From an uncultured Actinomycetes bacterium (GTDB lineage: Bacteria; Actinomycetota; Actinomycetes; UBA12327): DNA of 62,333 nucleotides. Shown in pieces: positions 22,755 to 30,764 of this stretch. Position 1 is the first letter of the stretch, and every line of letters starts with the position of its first letter. The notes under the pieces were generated by a model, which ran no database searches, was not told where the DNA came from, and saw nothing but the letters and a program-made list of their open reading frames with translations. The position numbers were made by a program, and so were the translations under genes. Location: the NCBI GenBank assembly GCA_903920865.1, contig CAIXNN010000056.1, forward strand, positions 1 to 62,333. Reading direction: 5' to 3'.

Positions 22755-23519
22755 ATGACCGCAGCGCTTGCCTACATCGTTGGTGGCGCTGTCTTGGCCT
22801 TAGCCGGACTTGCAGGAGCTGGGCCAACGGCGTTGGCTTTTGTTTTCGCGCTGGTAATTTTGCGTCTGCTTATTCCGCGGGTATTTGTTGATACTTTTGA
22901 CGAACTGACTCTGTCAGTCTTTCTCTACTCGGGCTTAGCCGCGCTTGCTGGGACTTTGCTTGCCGCACAATACGGCTCTGGTGAGGCAGGAAGTGCTAAC
23001 TATCTGGCACCGATCGTGGGTTTGATTGTCTTTGTTTCGGTGTGCGTCCAACTCATTGGCCTTGGTAAGAAAGGCAACGTTGTTCGGACTCTGTCCACCG
23101 TTGTGTCGCTCTCGGTCATTGGGGCTGCCGGGACATTGTGGGTTCCACTGAGTCGGGCTTCGTTCCTTCGGTTGCCGTTACTTGCCGGCCTGGCACTGAT
23201 CATCAGTGGCCTGGTTATTTCCAGATATGAGGCAGACTTTTCAAACTGGCGCTCAAAAGTCAGGGCAGGATTGGAACTTCTGCTTGCACCGCTAGTTGCC
23301 TTATTGGTTGCGCGATTTGTTCTAGATTCGGTCAACCTGTTGTTGGCGTTTTCAACCGGTGTTGTTGTCGCGCTGTGCTCATTGACAAGCCTGTTATTGG
23401 TTCGCACGCGCGATTTCTCAGGTGGCCTTGACGCCTCCAGCGCCCTGGTGGCAGTAGTGCTAGCGGTTTTCCTTTCTGCTGGACCGGTATTCGCTGTGGC
23501 ATCGATTGTGGTTGGGTAG
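22755..23519 (+). CDS. Polytopic membrane protein (Rv0817c-position homologue)
   Basis: 254 aa, about 8 hydrophobic segments, no recognisable catalytic motif. Confidence 0.65.
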   Translation: MTAALAYIVGGAVLALAGLAGAGPTALAFVFALVILRLLIPRVFVDTFDELTLSVFLYSGLAALAGTLLAAQYGSGEAGSANYLAPIVGLIVFVSVCVQLIGLGKKGNVVRTLSTVVSLSVIGAAGTLWVPLSRASFLRLPLLAGLALIISGLVISRYEADFSNWRSKVRAGLELLLAPLVALLVARFVLDSVNLLLAFSTGVVVALCSLTSLLLVRTRDFSGGLDASSALVAVVLAVFLSAGPVFAVASIVVG

Positions 23520-24009
23520 TGCAGTGAACCACTTCCTCGTTCTGATTGTGGTCTTGTTGTTGGCCACCGCTTTTGGGCTGTATCGAAAGCGAACCGATGG
23601 GCTGATGCGAACGGTAAAGGCGCCACGACCGTTGCCGGACAACGCTCCACCGGGTGAACTTGAGGATCCTGATGGCGTGCGGGCCAAGGCCGCCGGCCCA
23701 CATGGCGACATCACAGCGGAGGATCTTGGTGGTCCGCTTGGACAGCGAGCAACGTTGGTTCAATTTTCCTCGGCTTTTTGTGCGCCTTGTCGAGCAACAC
23801 AGCGGATTCTCGATGAAGTCACCTCAATGGTCGAAGGTGTTGCACACTTTGAAATAGACGCTGAGTCTCGTCTTGATTTGGTTCGTCACTTCGACATTCG
23901 TCGCACCCCCACGGTGCTGGTGGTCAACTCCAACGGACACATTGTTCGTCGAGCAACTGGCGCCCCCCGCAAAGCTGATGTGATTGCTGCACTGGGCGAA
24001 TTGATGTAG
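23506..24009 (+). CDS. Membrane-anchored thioredoxin-like protein (ThiX/TlpA-like)
   Basis: N-terminal TM helix, then a thioredoxin fold with the CAPC active site. The start is ambiguous (TTG 23506 or GTG 23524). Confidence 0.8.
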   Translation: MWLGSAVNHFLVLIVVLLLATAFGLYRKRTDGLMRTVKAPRPLPDNAPPGELEDPDGVRAKAAGPHGDITAEDLGGPLGQRATLVQFSSAFCAPCRATQRILDEVTSMVEGVAHFEIDAESRLDLVRHFDIRRTPTVLVVNSNGHIVRRATGAPRKADVIAALGELM

Positions 24010-24112
24010 TTCTACGCCTGAGTTTGTGCGAAAGATATGCAATAACCTCACTGCATCTCAATAAGTAAGACCCGCGTGACATCGCAATCAGTTATTGCTT
24101 ACCCTTATAGGT

Positions 24113-24193
24113 ATGTCAGGACAGGTGCTTCTCACCAAACGGCGCGCGATCGACCTGTGTCGCGTGGCCACCTGCCTGTGTCAAATTTTCTAA
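24113..24193 (+). CDS. Putative 26-aa Cys-containing leader peptide (MSGQVLLTKRRAIDLCRVATCLCQIF)
   Basis: ATG-initiated ORF too short for the track, found by eye in the 325-bp gap upstream of the DUF4395-rhodanese operon. It has three Cys codons in its last 11 codons and a basic LTKRRAIDLCR core. Confidence 0.45.
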   Translation: MSGQVLLTKRRAIDLCRVATCLCQIF

Positions 24194-24334
24194 TGCGGTG
24201 AGAGTTCGACGAACCCCTGTTGCTTAACAGGCAGAGCGAACAAGTCCCGCGGATGGTGCTAGCGCCTCACCTGCCCCCAGAGATTTTTTTCTCAACCCTT
24301 CCCCCAGAAGTTTCAAGTGTCAGGAGAAATTGAA

Positions 24335-24787
24335 ATGTATGTAGATCCCCGTGGACTTCGCTTCGGTGCCACTGTCACCACAGTTGTTCTTGCCCTTGGT
24401 CTGATCACGCAGTCAGCCCTGGTGCTGGGCCTGCAAACGATTGTCTTTGCTCTTGGCGCCCTCCTCGGACTGCACGCGGCTCCGTACGGAGTGTTGTTCA
24501 AGAAGCTCATTCGACCACGCTTGTCGCCCCCCAGCGAGCTCGAAGCTGCTGCACCGCCACGTTTTGCCCAGGCCGTTGGTTTGGCCTTCGGTGTTGTTGC
24601 AACGCTGGGTTTTGTTACGGGCTTGACCACTGTGGGTGTCATTGCAACGGCGATGGCCTTGGCTGCAGCGTTCCTTAATGCGGCATTTGAGTTTTGCCTG
24701 GGTTGCGAGATGTTCTTGATCATTCGTCGCATTACTGGTGGCTCGACCGAGCGACTAGTGCCTGCTGCTTCTGTTGCACGTTCTTAA
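24335..24787 (+). CDS. DUF4395 family membrane protein
   Basis: MYVDPRGLRFGA..., 4 TM segments, C-terminal FCLGCEMF. I preferred the ATG at 24335, preceded by aggag, over the GTG at 24317. Confidence 0.8.
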   Translation: MYVDPRGLRFGATVTTVVLALGLITQSALVLGLQTIVFALGALLGLHAAPYGVLFKKLIRPRLSPPSELEAAAPPRFAQAVGLAFGVVATLGFVTGLTTVGVIATAMALAAAFLNAAFEFCLGCEMFLIIRRITGGSTERLVPAASVARS

Positions 24788-24848
24788 GTACTAAACCTGA
24801 GCCACCCCGGCCTGGGTTACGCCCTTCCCTACAAGGAGAAACAAAAAA

Positions 24849-25712
24849 ATGAGTCGCACTGACGCTCTCGTTGATGCAGATTGGGTACAAGCCCACATTG
24901 ACGACCCCAAGGTTGTCCTCGTTGAAGTTGACGAAGACACCGCAGCCTACGAAACCAACCACATCCGCAATGCGGTCCGCATTGATTGGCAGAGCGAATT
25001 GCAAGATGCAGTCCGTCGTGACTTCGTCAACCAAGCGCAGTTCGAAGCTTTGCTGTCAGCTAAGGGCATCAGCAATGACGACACCGTGATCATTTACGGC
25101 GGAAACAACAACTGGTTTGCTTCCTACGCGTTCTGGTACTTCAAGCTCTATGGCCACAAGGACGTTCGCTTGCTCGATGGTGGACGTAAGAAGTGGGAAC
25201 TTGATGCCCGTGAACTGGTCGCCGATGTCCCAACGCGTGCGGCTACTTCGTATAAGGCTTCGGCTCAGGACAAGGGCATCCGGGCCTTCCGCGACGATGT
25301 TCTCAGTGCCATTGGCAAGCAGAACTTGGTGGACGTGCGTTCACCTGATGAGTACGCAGGTCGTTTGCTTGCGCCGGCTCACTTGCCTCAAGAGCAATCA
25401 CAGCGTGCTGGCCACATCCCCACAGCGGCAAGCATTCCGTGGAGCAAGGCAGCAAATGACGATGGAACCTTTAAGAGCGATGATGAGCTCAAGGCACTGT
25501 ACGAAGGTGCAGGCGTTGATTTGGGTAAGGACACCATCGCTTACTGCCGCATCGGCGAGCGTTCAGCGCACACCTGGTTTGTGTTGCATGAACTTCTCGG
25601 CGTTGCCAATGTGAAGAACTACGACGGATCATGGACTGAGTACGGCGCACTTGTTGGTGTTCCTGTTCAGCTCGGTGACAACCCCGGACAGCCAGAAGGT
25701 GGCGCTGCCTAA
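24849..25712 (+). CDS. Thiosulfate sulfurtransferase (tandem rhodanese; CysA/SseA-like)
   Basis: 287 aa with the active-site loop YCRIGERSAHT. Confidence 0.9.
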   Translation: MSRTDALVDADWVQAHIDDPKVVLVEVDEDTAAYETNHIRNAVRIDWQSELQDAVRRDFVNQAQFEALLSAKGISNDDTVIIYGGNNNWFASYAFWYFKLYGHKDVRLLDGGRKKWELDARELVADVPTRAATSYKASAQDKGIRAFRDDVLSAIGKQNLVDVRSPDEYAGRLLAPAHLPQEQSQRAGHIPTAASIPWSKAANDDGTFKSDDELKALYEGAGVDLGKDTIAYCRIGERSAHTWFVLHELLGVANVKNYDGSWTEYGALVGVPVQLGDNPGQPEGGAA

Positions 25713-25756
25713 TGTGCGGCGCAACTGCTGGCGGACTTTCTATCGAAGGACTAGAT

Positions 25757-26011
25757 ATGGCCAAGGAAACAGTGATTCAAGGCGTTGTATCCCGCGCGGG
25801 CGAGCCCGTCGGCGGTGCCTACGTTCGACTGCTTGATGGCACGGGAGAGTTCACCGCTGAGGTTCCAACCTCAGCAACCGGACACTTCCGCTTCTTCGCC
25901 GCTCCCGGCTCGTGGACGCTTCGCACACTGGCACCAGGTGCTCAGGTAGACCGCCAAGTAGTAGCTCAGCTCGGTGAAGTTGCCGAGGTTGAGGTAGCGA
26001 TTCCGGCTTAA
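25757..26011 (+). CDS. DUF1416 (SseC-like) protein
   Basis: MAKETVIQGVV...GAYVRLLD...FRFFAAPGSWTLR, the small beta-sandwich protein always paired with actinobacterial rhodanese. Internal ATG chosen. Confidence 0.8.
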   Translation: MAKETVIQGVVSRAGEPVGGAYVRLLDGTGEFTAEVPTSATGHFRFFAAPGSWTLRTLAPGAQVDRQVVAQLGEVAEVEVAIPA

Positions 26012-26026
26012 CCCTCACAGGTTGCA

Positions 26027-26065
26027 AAAGCCCCAACTGGTTTTTGGCTAGTTGGGGCTTTTGTG
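26027..26065 (+). terminator. Rho-independent terminator after the sulfurtransferase operon
   Basis: gccccaact (26030-26038) pairs with agttggggc (26050-26058) and is followed by tttt. Confidence 0.8.
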
Positions 26066-26237
26066 TGCGTGAGAGCACTACTGTCTAGTGCGTGACACAG
26101 GTGGCTGCAGGGTTGTTGGTCGTGGGCTTCTTGGCCGTGGCGGCTATTTCCGTAGTGCTAATTCTGCGTCTGTCGCGCAGTTCCCACTAAGTATTGGTTG
26201 AATAGGCTCTCTTACGAAGAAGCTTTCAAGGAAGGAA

Positions 26238-26738
26238 TTGGCGAACGTGGAATTGACCCCTGACCTGCCGTCCGAACTCGTGCCATACGCGTGGCTGATT
26301 GGCACGTGGGCTGGTGCCGGTGTCGGCGGCTACCCCACAACGCAATCCTTCCAATTTGGCCAAGAGGTCACCTTCGCCCATGATGGTCGACCGTTTTTGT
26401 CCTACTGGTCGCGCACCTGGAAAATTGACGACAACGGAAACCCCATGGGCCCGTTGGATATGGAGTCAGGTTTTTGGCGCCCGCAACCCGATAACAACCT
26501 TGAAGTAACTGTTGCGCACCCCACCGGCATTGTTGAAATCTACGTCGGTTCAGTCAATGGCGCACAAGTGGAGATCCAAACCGATGTGGTGGCTCGCACC
26601 GTCACGTCCAAGGAGTATTCGGCTGGTGTTCGCCTGTACGGCTTAGTAGAAGGCGATTTGCTGTGGGCCTATGACATGGCCGCAGTGGGTCAGCCCCTTC
26701 AATCGCATGTTTCGGCTCGCCTTAAGCGCATTGGCTGA
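26238..26738 (+). CDS. Nitrobindin / FABP-like heme-binding beta-barrel protein (UPF0678)
   Basis: 166 aa, ...WLIGTWAGAGVGGYPT...F.F..EV.F.HDGRPFL.Y, matching the Rv0813c-position homologue. Confidence 0.8.
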   Translation: MANVELTPDLPSELVPYAWLIGTWAGAGVGGYPTTQSFQFGQEVTFAHDGRPFLSYWSRTWKIDDNGNPMGPLDMESGFWRPQPDNNLEVTVAHPTGIVEIYVGSVNGAQVEIQTDVVARTVTSKEYSAGVRLYGLVEGDLLWAYDMAAVGQPLQSHVSARLKRIG

Positions 26739-26802
26739 CCTTCAAAAAGCCTTTAAGTCCGCGCAGTTGAGCCTGCTTGCAGGTTAGTGAGAGACTGTTT
26801 TT

Positions 26803-27219
26803 ATGAATGCCGATCTGCTCAGCGAGCGATTGAAGGATCGCGGATATCGCCTGACGAATCAACGCCGAGCTGTGTTTGATGCGGTTGCCCACCTTGAGCA
26901 TGGCACCCATGAGGAAATCTTGCGGCAGGCGCAAATTGCAGACTCGACGTTGAACTTGTCAACCGTGTATCGAAACCTGGAAGTGCTTGAGGAAATTGGC
27001 CTAGTACGCCATGCACATCTAGGCCATGGCTCCCCGACATATCACTTGGCGGATCACCACGCACATCTGCATTTGGTGTGCAGTAAGTGCAAGGAAGTTC
27101 TTGAAGTATCAGTGGATGCTGCAGATGGTTTAGTCGCAGCCCTGCACGCAGACCATGGTTTTGCCGTCGATATTGATCACTTTGCCATTCAAGGTTTATG
27201 TAAAAAGTGCCAGAACTGA
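26803..27219 (+). CDS. Fur-family metalloregulator
   Basis: 138 aa with a winged helix (RLTNQRRAVFD), a His-rich sensing site (HLADHHAHLHLVC) and two CxxC pairs (CSKC, CKKC). Confidence 0.88.
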   Translation: MNADLLSERLKDRGYRLTNQRRAVFDAVAHLEHGTHEEILRQAQIADSTLNLSTVYRNLEVLEEIGLVRHAHLGHGSPTYHLADHHAHLHLVCSKCKEVLEVSVDAADGLVAALHADHGFAVDIDHFAIQGLCKKCQN

Positions 27220-28184
27220 TGAGTACCTATCGAAGTGTGCTGCTTGAGATTGCCGATGCCATCGCCATTGACCCGGAACTCGATCCGCATGACGCAGGCG
27301 TGGCTTGGCACTACGGCGATCCACTTCGAGAACAACGCGCCCTAGAAGCCGGCGAAGGATTTGTTGATCTGTCTCATCGCGGTGTTATCGCGGTAACTGG
27401 GTCTGAGCGTTTGTCGTGGTTGCATTCCCTGATCAGCCAGCATGTCGAAGACCTTCAACCGGGTCAGGCGCGTCAAGGTTTGGTGCTCTCACCCCATGGT
27501 CATGTGGAACACCATTTTTGGTTGGTAGATGACAGTTCGACGACATGGTTGATCACCGAAGGCGATCGCCGCGCGGATTTGTTGGCGTTCTTGGACTCGA
27601 TGCGCTTCATGCTTGATGTTGCGGTGGCCGATGTTACGCCGGAGTGGGCGCTCGTGTGGTTTCCCGGCCGCGTGGACGTCGCTGATGCGGTCGTCGTAGT
27701 CACTGATCGAGGTTCCTATGCACTTCTGGCGCGAGCCAAGCTCAACGAGCTAGCCAAGACCTGGGGCAAGCCAGCTGGCATCTGGGCTTTTGAGGCACTT
27801 CGCATTGCCGCGGGTGAACCACGTATTGGCTTTGAGACCGATCACAAAACCATCGCTCATGAGGTCGGCTGGATTGAAACGGCTGTACACCTGAATAAGG
27901 GCTGTTACCGCGGCCAAGAAACAGTTGCCCGAGTTCACAATTTGGGCAAGCCACCGCGGCGGTTAGTGATGTTGCATCTCGATGGTTCCACCAATGCGCA
28001 TTTGCCCAAACATGGCGACGATGTTGAGCTAGATGGAAAAGTTGTCGGCTTTGTTGGAAGTGCAACTCATCACCATGAACTGGGCCCGATTGCATTGGCT
28101 GTCATTAAACGCAACATTGATGTGGCGGCAGATTTCGTTGTTGACGGTGTGGCTGCTTCGCAAGAGGTTCTAGTTTCCCCTTGA
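27219..28184 (+). CDS. ygfZ: Folate-binding Fe-S cluster repair/assembly factor YgfZ
   Basis: GCV_T-like fold with the KGCYRGQE motif. The ATG overlaps the Fur stop (TGATG). Confidence 0.85.
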   Translation: MSTYRSVLLEIADAIAIDPELDPHDAGVAWHYGDPLREQRALEAGEGFVDLSHRGVIAVTGSERLSWLHSLISQHVEDLQPGQARQGLVLSPHGHVEHHFWLVDDSSTTWLITEGDRRADLLAFLDSMRFMLDVAVADVTPEWALVWFPGRVDVADAVVVVTDRGSYALLARAKLNELAKTWGKPAGIWAFEALRIAAGEPRIGFETDHKTIAHEVGWIETAVHLNKGCYRGQETVARVHNLGKPPRRLVMLHLDGSTNAHLPKHGDDVELDGKVVGFVGSATHHHELGPIALAVIKRNIDVAADFVVDGVAASQEVLVSP

Positions 28185-28636
28185 TTGGTCCTCAATAATC
28201 TTTCGCTGGGCGCTTTAGCTCCACCGAATTGGTGCATCGCTCGCCCGATGGCCCAGCGCGCTCCTGGATGACTGGTCAGCGCATCAGTAATTACGCCCAG
28301 GCTTGAATTATCGAAAAACGTGTCGCCGCTGTTAAGGAATTGCACAAACCGGCCACTAGAGGACCGCCAGCCCTTATTCATACCGTCGTAGATACCTTTG
28401 TCGGGTTCAGCGATCACAGTGTCGCGACGGCGTAGGAATTGATTCGTTAGTTGAGTTGACGCCCCGCCAGGTGATGCATTGACCACGACCACCTGAGTTC
28501 GATTAAGCCCGCGGCGTTGAGTGAAAATTGATTCGAGAGTTTCGAGCAAACCTTCGGAATCGTTGTGCGTAACGGTCACGATGCTCAACAGCGGTGGTTC
28601 TAATCGTTGAGTGAGTTGATTGAACGTTTTGATCAT
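28070..28636 (-). pseudogene. Truncated family-2 glycosyltransferase (N-terminal ~150 aa only)
   Basis: The N-terminus is a clear GT2 (SIVTVTHNDSEGL...DKGIYDGMNKGW...FVQFLNSGD). The reading frame then runs 115 nt into the convergent ygfZ 3' end with meaningless sequence, and the usual C-terminal ~100 aa are missing. Confidence 0.5.
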
Positions 28637-28678
28637 CTACTTGTCTCAACTCCCCGTTGGCTCTTCAAAACGGATTGG

Positions 28679-29629
28679 TTAGGTGCGCAAAGTGGAAACG
28701 TTGTCGAGGTACCACTGGTAGGTGGATTTCAGGCCGTTGGCTAGGTCAATGCTGGCTTTCCAGCCGGTGGCATTGATCCGCGATACTTCGAGAAGTTTTT
28801 GTGGTGTTCCATCGGGCTTGGTGGTGTCCCAGGTGATGCGGCCGGTAAACCCAGTGGTTTGAGCAATCATTTCGGCGAGCTCTTTAATGGAGATATCTTC
28901 GCCAGTACCCACATTCAGCGCGATGTCATCGTCATAGTTTTTTAACAGGTGGATACAGGCCGCTGCAAGGTCATCGACGTGGAGGAACTCACGTCGTGGG
29001 CTTCCAGTTCCCCAAACCTGCACTTCTTTGGCCTGGCTTTGTGTGGCTTCGTGAAATCTGCGCAGTAGCGCGGGCAGGACATGTGCGCCGGCCGGATTGA
29101 AATTATCGCCCGGTCCGTACAAGTTGGTGGGCATTGCGCTGATCCACGGCAGACCGTACTGCTTTCGGGTTGACTGGACTTGTACGATTCCGGCAATTTT
29201 TGCAAGCGCATAGGCCTGGTTGGTCTGTTCCAAAGGCCCGGTTAAGAGCGAATCCTCATTAATTGGTTGTGGCGCAAGTTTTGGATATATACATGAAGAA
29301 CCAAGAAACAAAACACGGTTGACCCGGTTCGTCAAGGCAGCATCCAACACGCTGGTCTGAATGCGCAAGTTCTCACTGATGAAGTCAACGGGGAAATCAT
29401 TGTTCGCTGCGATCCCGCCCACTTTGGCTGCAGCAAGGACGATCACGTCTGGCTCTTGAGAGCTGATGTAGTCCGCAGTTGCGTTGTGATCGCGCAGGTC
29501 AAGCGTGCTACTTGTCTGACCAACGAGATTGGTATATCCCTGCGCCTGGAGGGCTCGCCAGATGGCGCTGCCTGCTAATCCGCTGTGCCCTGCGACGTAG
29601 ATTCGATCGCTGGGCTTGAGGAAGGTCAT
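28679..29629 (-). CDS. fcl: GDP-L-fucose synthase (GDP-4-keto-6-deoxymannose 3,5-epimerase/4-reductase)
   Basis: MTFLKPSDRIYVAGHSGLAGSAI..., SSCIYP and YALAK motifs. Internal ATG chosen. Confidence 0.9.
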   Translation of the reverse strand: MTFLKPSDRIYVAGHSGLAGSAIWRALQAQGYTNLVGQTSSTLDLRDHNATADYISSQEPDVIVLAAAKVGGIAANNDFPVDFISENLRIQTSVLDAALTNRVNRVLFLGSSCIYPKLAPQPINEDSLLTGPLEQTNQAYALAKIAGIVQVQSTRKQYGLPWISAMPTNLYGPGDNFNPAGAHVLPALLRRFHEATQSQAKEVQVWGTGSPRREFLHVDDLAAACIHLLKNYDDDIALNVGTGEDISIKELAEMIAQTTGFTGRITWDTTKPDGTPQKLLEVSRINATGWKASIDLANGLKSTYQWYLDNVSTLRT

Positions 29630-29775
29630 GGCGCTCCGTCTCTGCGGCTTGATGTGCTTACATCTTATGTGGCGCGGTGCGCCTGTTCCTTGGCCTTGCT
29701 GGAGAGCCGGCAGACACAAAGCCCCTCTAGTGCCTAGGCTGAGGGTTCATCAGATAGGGATTAGGGAGCGGTCAC

Positions 29776-30750
29776 GTGTCAAAAGTTGCCTTGGTCACTG
29801 GGATTACCGGTCAAGACGGCTCGTATCTGGCTGAGTTGCTCTTAGGCAAGGGGTATGAGGTTCATGGACTGATCCGTCGAGCTTCAACTTTCAACACCCA
29901 ACGCATCGACCACCTGTACACCGACCCGCATGAGGGCGGCCGGTTGCACCTGCACTACTCGGACCTCACCGATGGCTCGCGGTTGACGACGTTGATGGCG
30001 CGGATTCAACCCGACGAGGTCTACAACCTGGCGGCGCAATCGCATGTTCGCGTTTCCTTTGATGAACCCGAATACACCGGAGACACCACCGGATTGGGTA
30101 CGACTCGCTTGCTTGAAGCACTTCGCATCACGGGTGTTCCTGCTCGCTTTTATCAAGCATCAAGCAGTGAGATGTTCGGTGCGACACCGCCGCCTCAAAA
30201 TGAGTCCACACCGTTTTATCCACGCTCGCCTTATGGAGCCGCGAAGTTGTACTCCTACTGGATGACAAAGAACTACCGTGAGGCTTACGACCTTTTTGCG
30301 GTCAATGGAATCTTGTTCAATCACGAGTCGCCGCGTCGTGGCGAAACATTTGTCACTCGCAAAATCACTCGAGCCGTTGCTGCCATCAAAGCAGGCCAAC
30401 AAAGTGAGTTGTACCTTGGAAACCTTGATGCAGTCCGTGACTGGGGTTTTGCTCAGGAATATGTCGAAGCGATGTGGCTGATGTTGCAGGCGGAAGTGCC
30501 AGATGACTTCGTCATTGCCACGGGCACGGCTTATTCGGTCCGAGACTTTGTCCAATTCTCCTTTGAGCGTGCGGGCTTGGATTGGGAAAAATACGTGAAG
30601 TATGACCAGCGCTATGAACGACCAACGGAAGTCGATGCCCTCATTGGTGATGCATCCCATGCCGAAAAAGTTCTTGGTTGGAAACCAAAAGTATTGACTC
30701 CCGAGTTGGCCGCGATCATGGTCGACGCCGATATTGCTGCACTGAGCTAA
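29776..30750 (+). CDS. gmd: GDP-mannose 4,6-dehydratase
   Basis: [29 protein letters not shown] and NHESPRRG motifs. Confidence 0.95.
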   Translation: MSKVALVTGITGQDGSYLAELLLGKGYEVHGLIRRASTFNTQRIDHLYTDPHEGGRLHLHYSDLTDGSRLTTLMARIQPDEVYNLAAQSHVRVSFDEPEYTGDTTGLGTTRLLEALRITGVPARFYQASSSEMFGATPPPQNESTPFYPRSPYGAAKLYSYWMTKNYREAYDLFAVNGILFNHESPRRGETFVTRKITRAVAAIKAGQQSELYLGNLDAVRDWGFAQEYVEAMWLMLQAEVPDDFVIATGTAYSVRDFVQFSFERAGLDWEKYVKYDQRYERPTEVDALIGDASHAEKVLGWKPKVLTPELAAIMVDADIAALS

Positions 30751-30764
30751 CCAAAGACCTGTTC

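Noticed and set aside
23000-23763. Three overlapping minus-strand ORFs (233, 143 and 84 aa) opposite the membrane-protein and thioredoxin-like genes.
   Set aside because: Their Arg/Pro/Thr-rich compositions are typical of antisense frames. The plus-strand genes have coherent TM helices and a CAPC thioredoxin motif.
24190-24334. Attempt to define a terminator/antiterminator pair after the Cys leader ORF.
   Set aside because: Only a 6-bp hairpin and a separate T7 run are visible. I could not fold mutually exclusive structures by eye, so no attenuator structure is claimed as a feature.
24313-24732. 139-aa minus-strand ORF opposite DUF4395.
   Set aside because: It is an antisense low-complexity (Ala/Pro/Thr/Arg) frame. 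The plus-strand ORF has an RBS and the DUF4395-type TM pattern.
26772-26783. The 12-bp palindrome cctgcttgcagg upstream of the Fur gene, as a Fur/Zur box.
   Set aside because: It is too short and GC-rich to match any Fur-family operator I know, which are AT-rich 15-19-mers. It is kept only as a note within the Fur-ygfZ finding.
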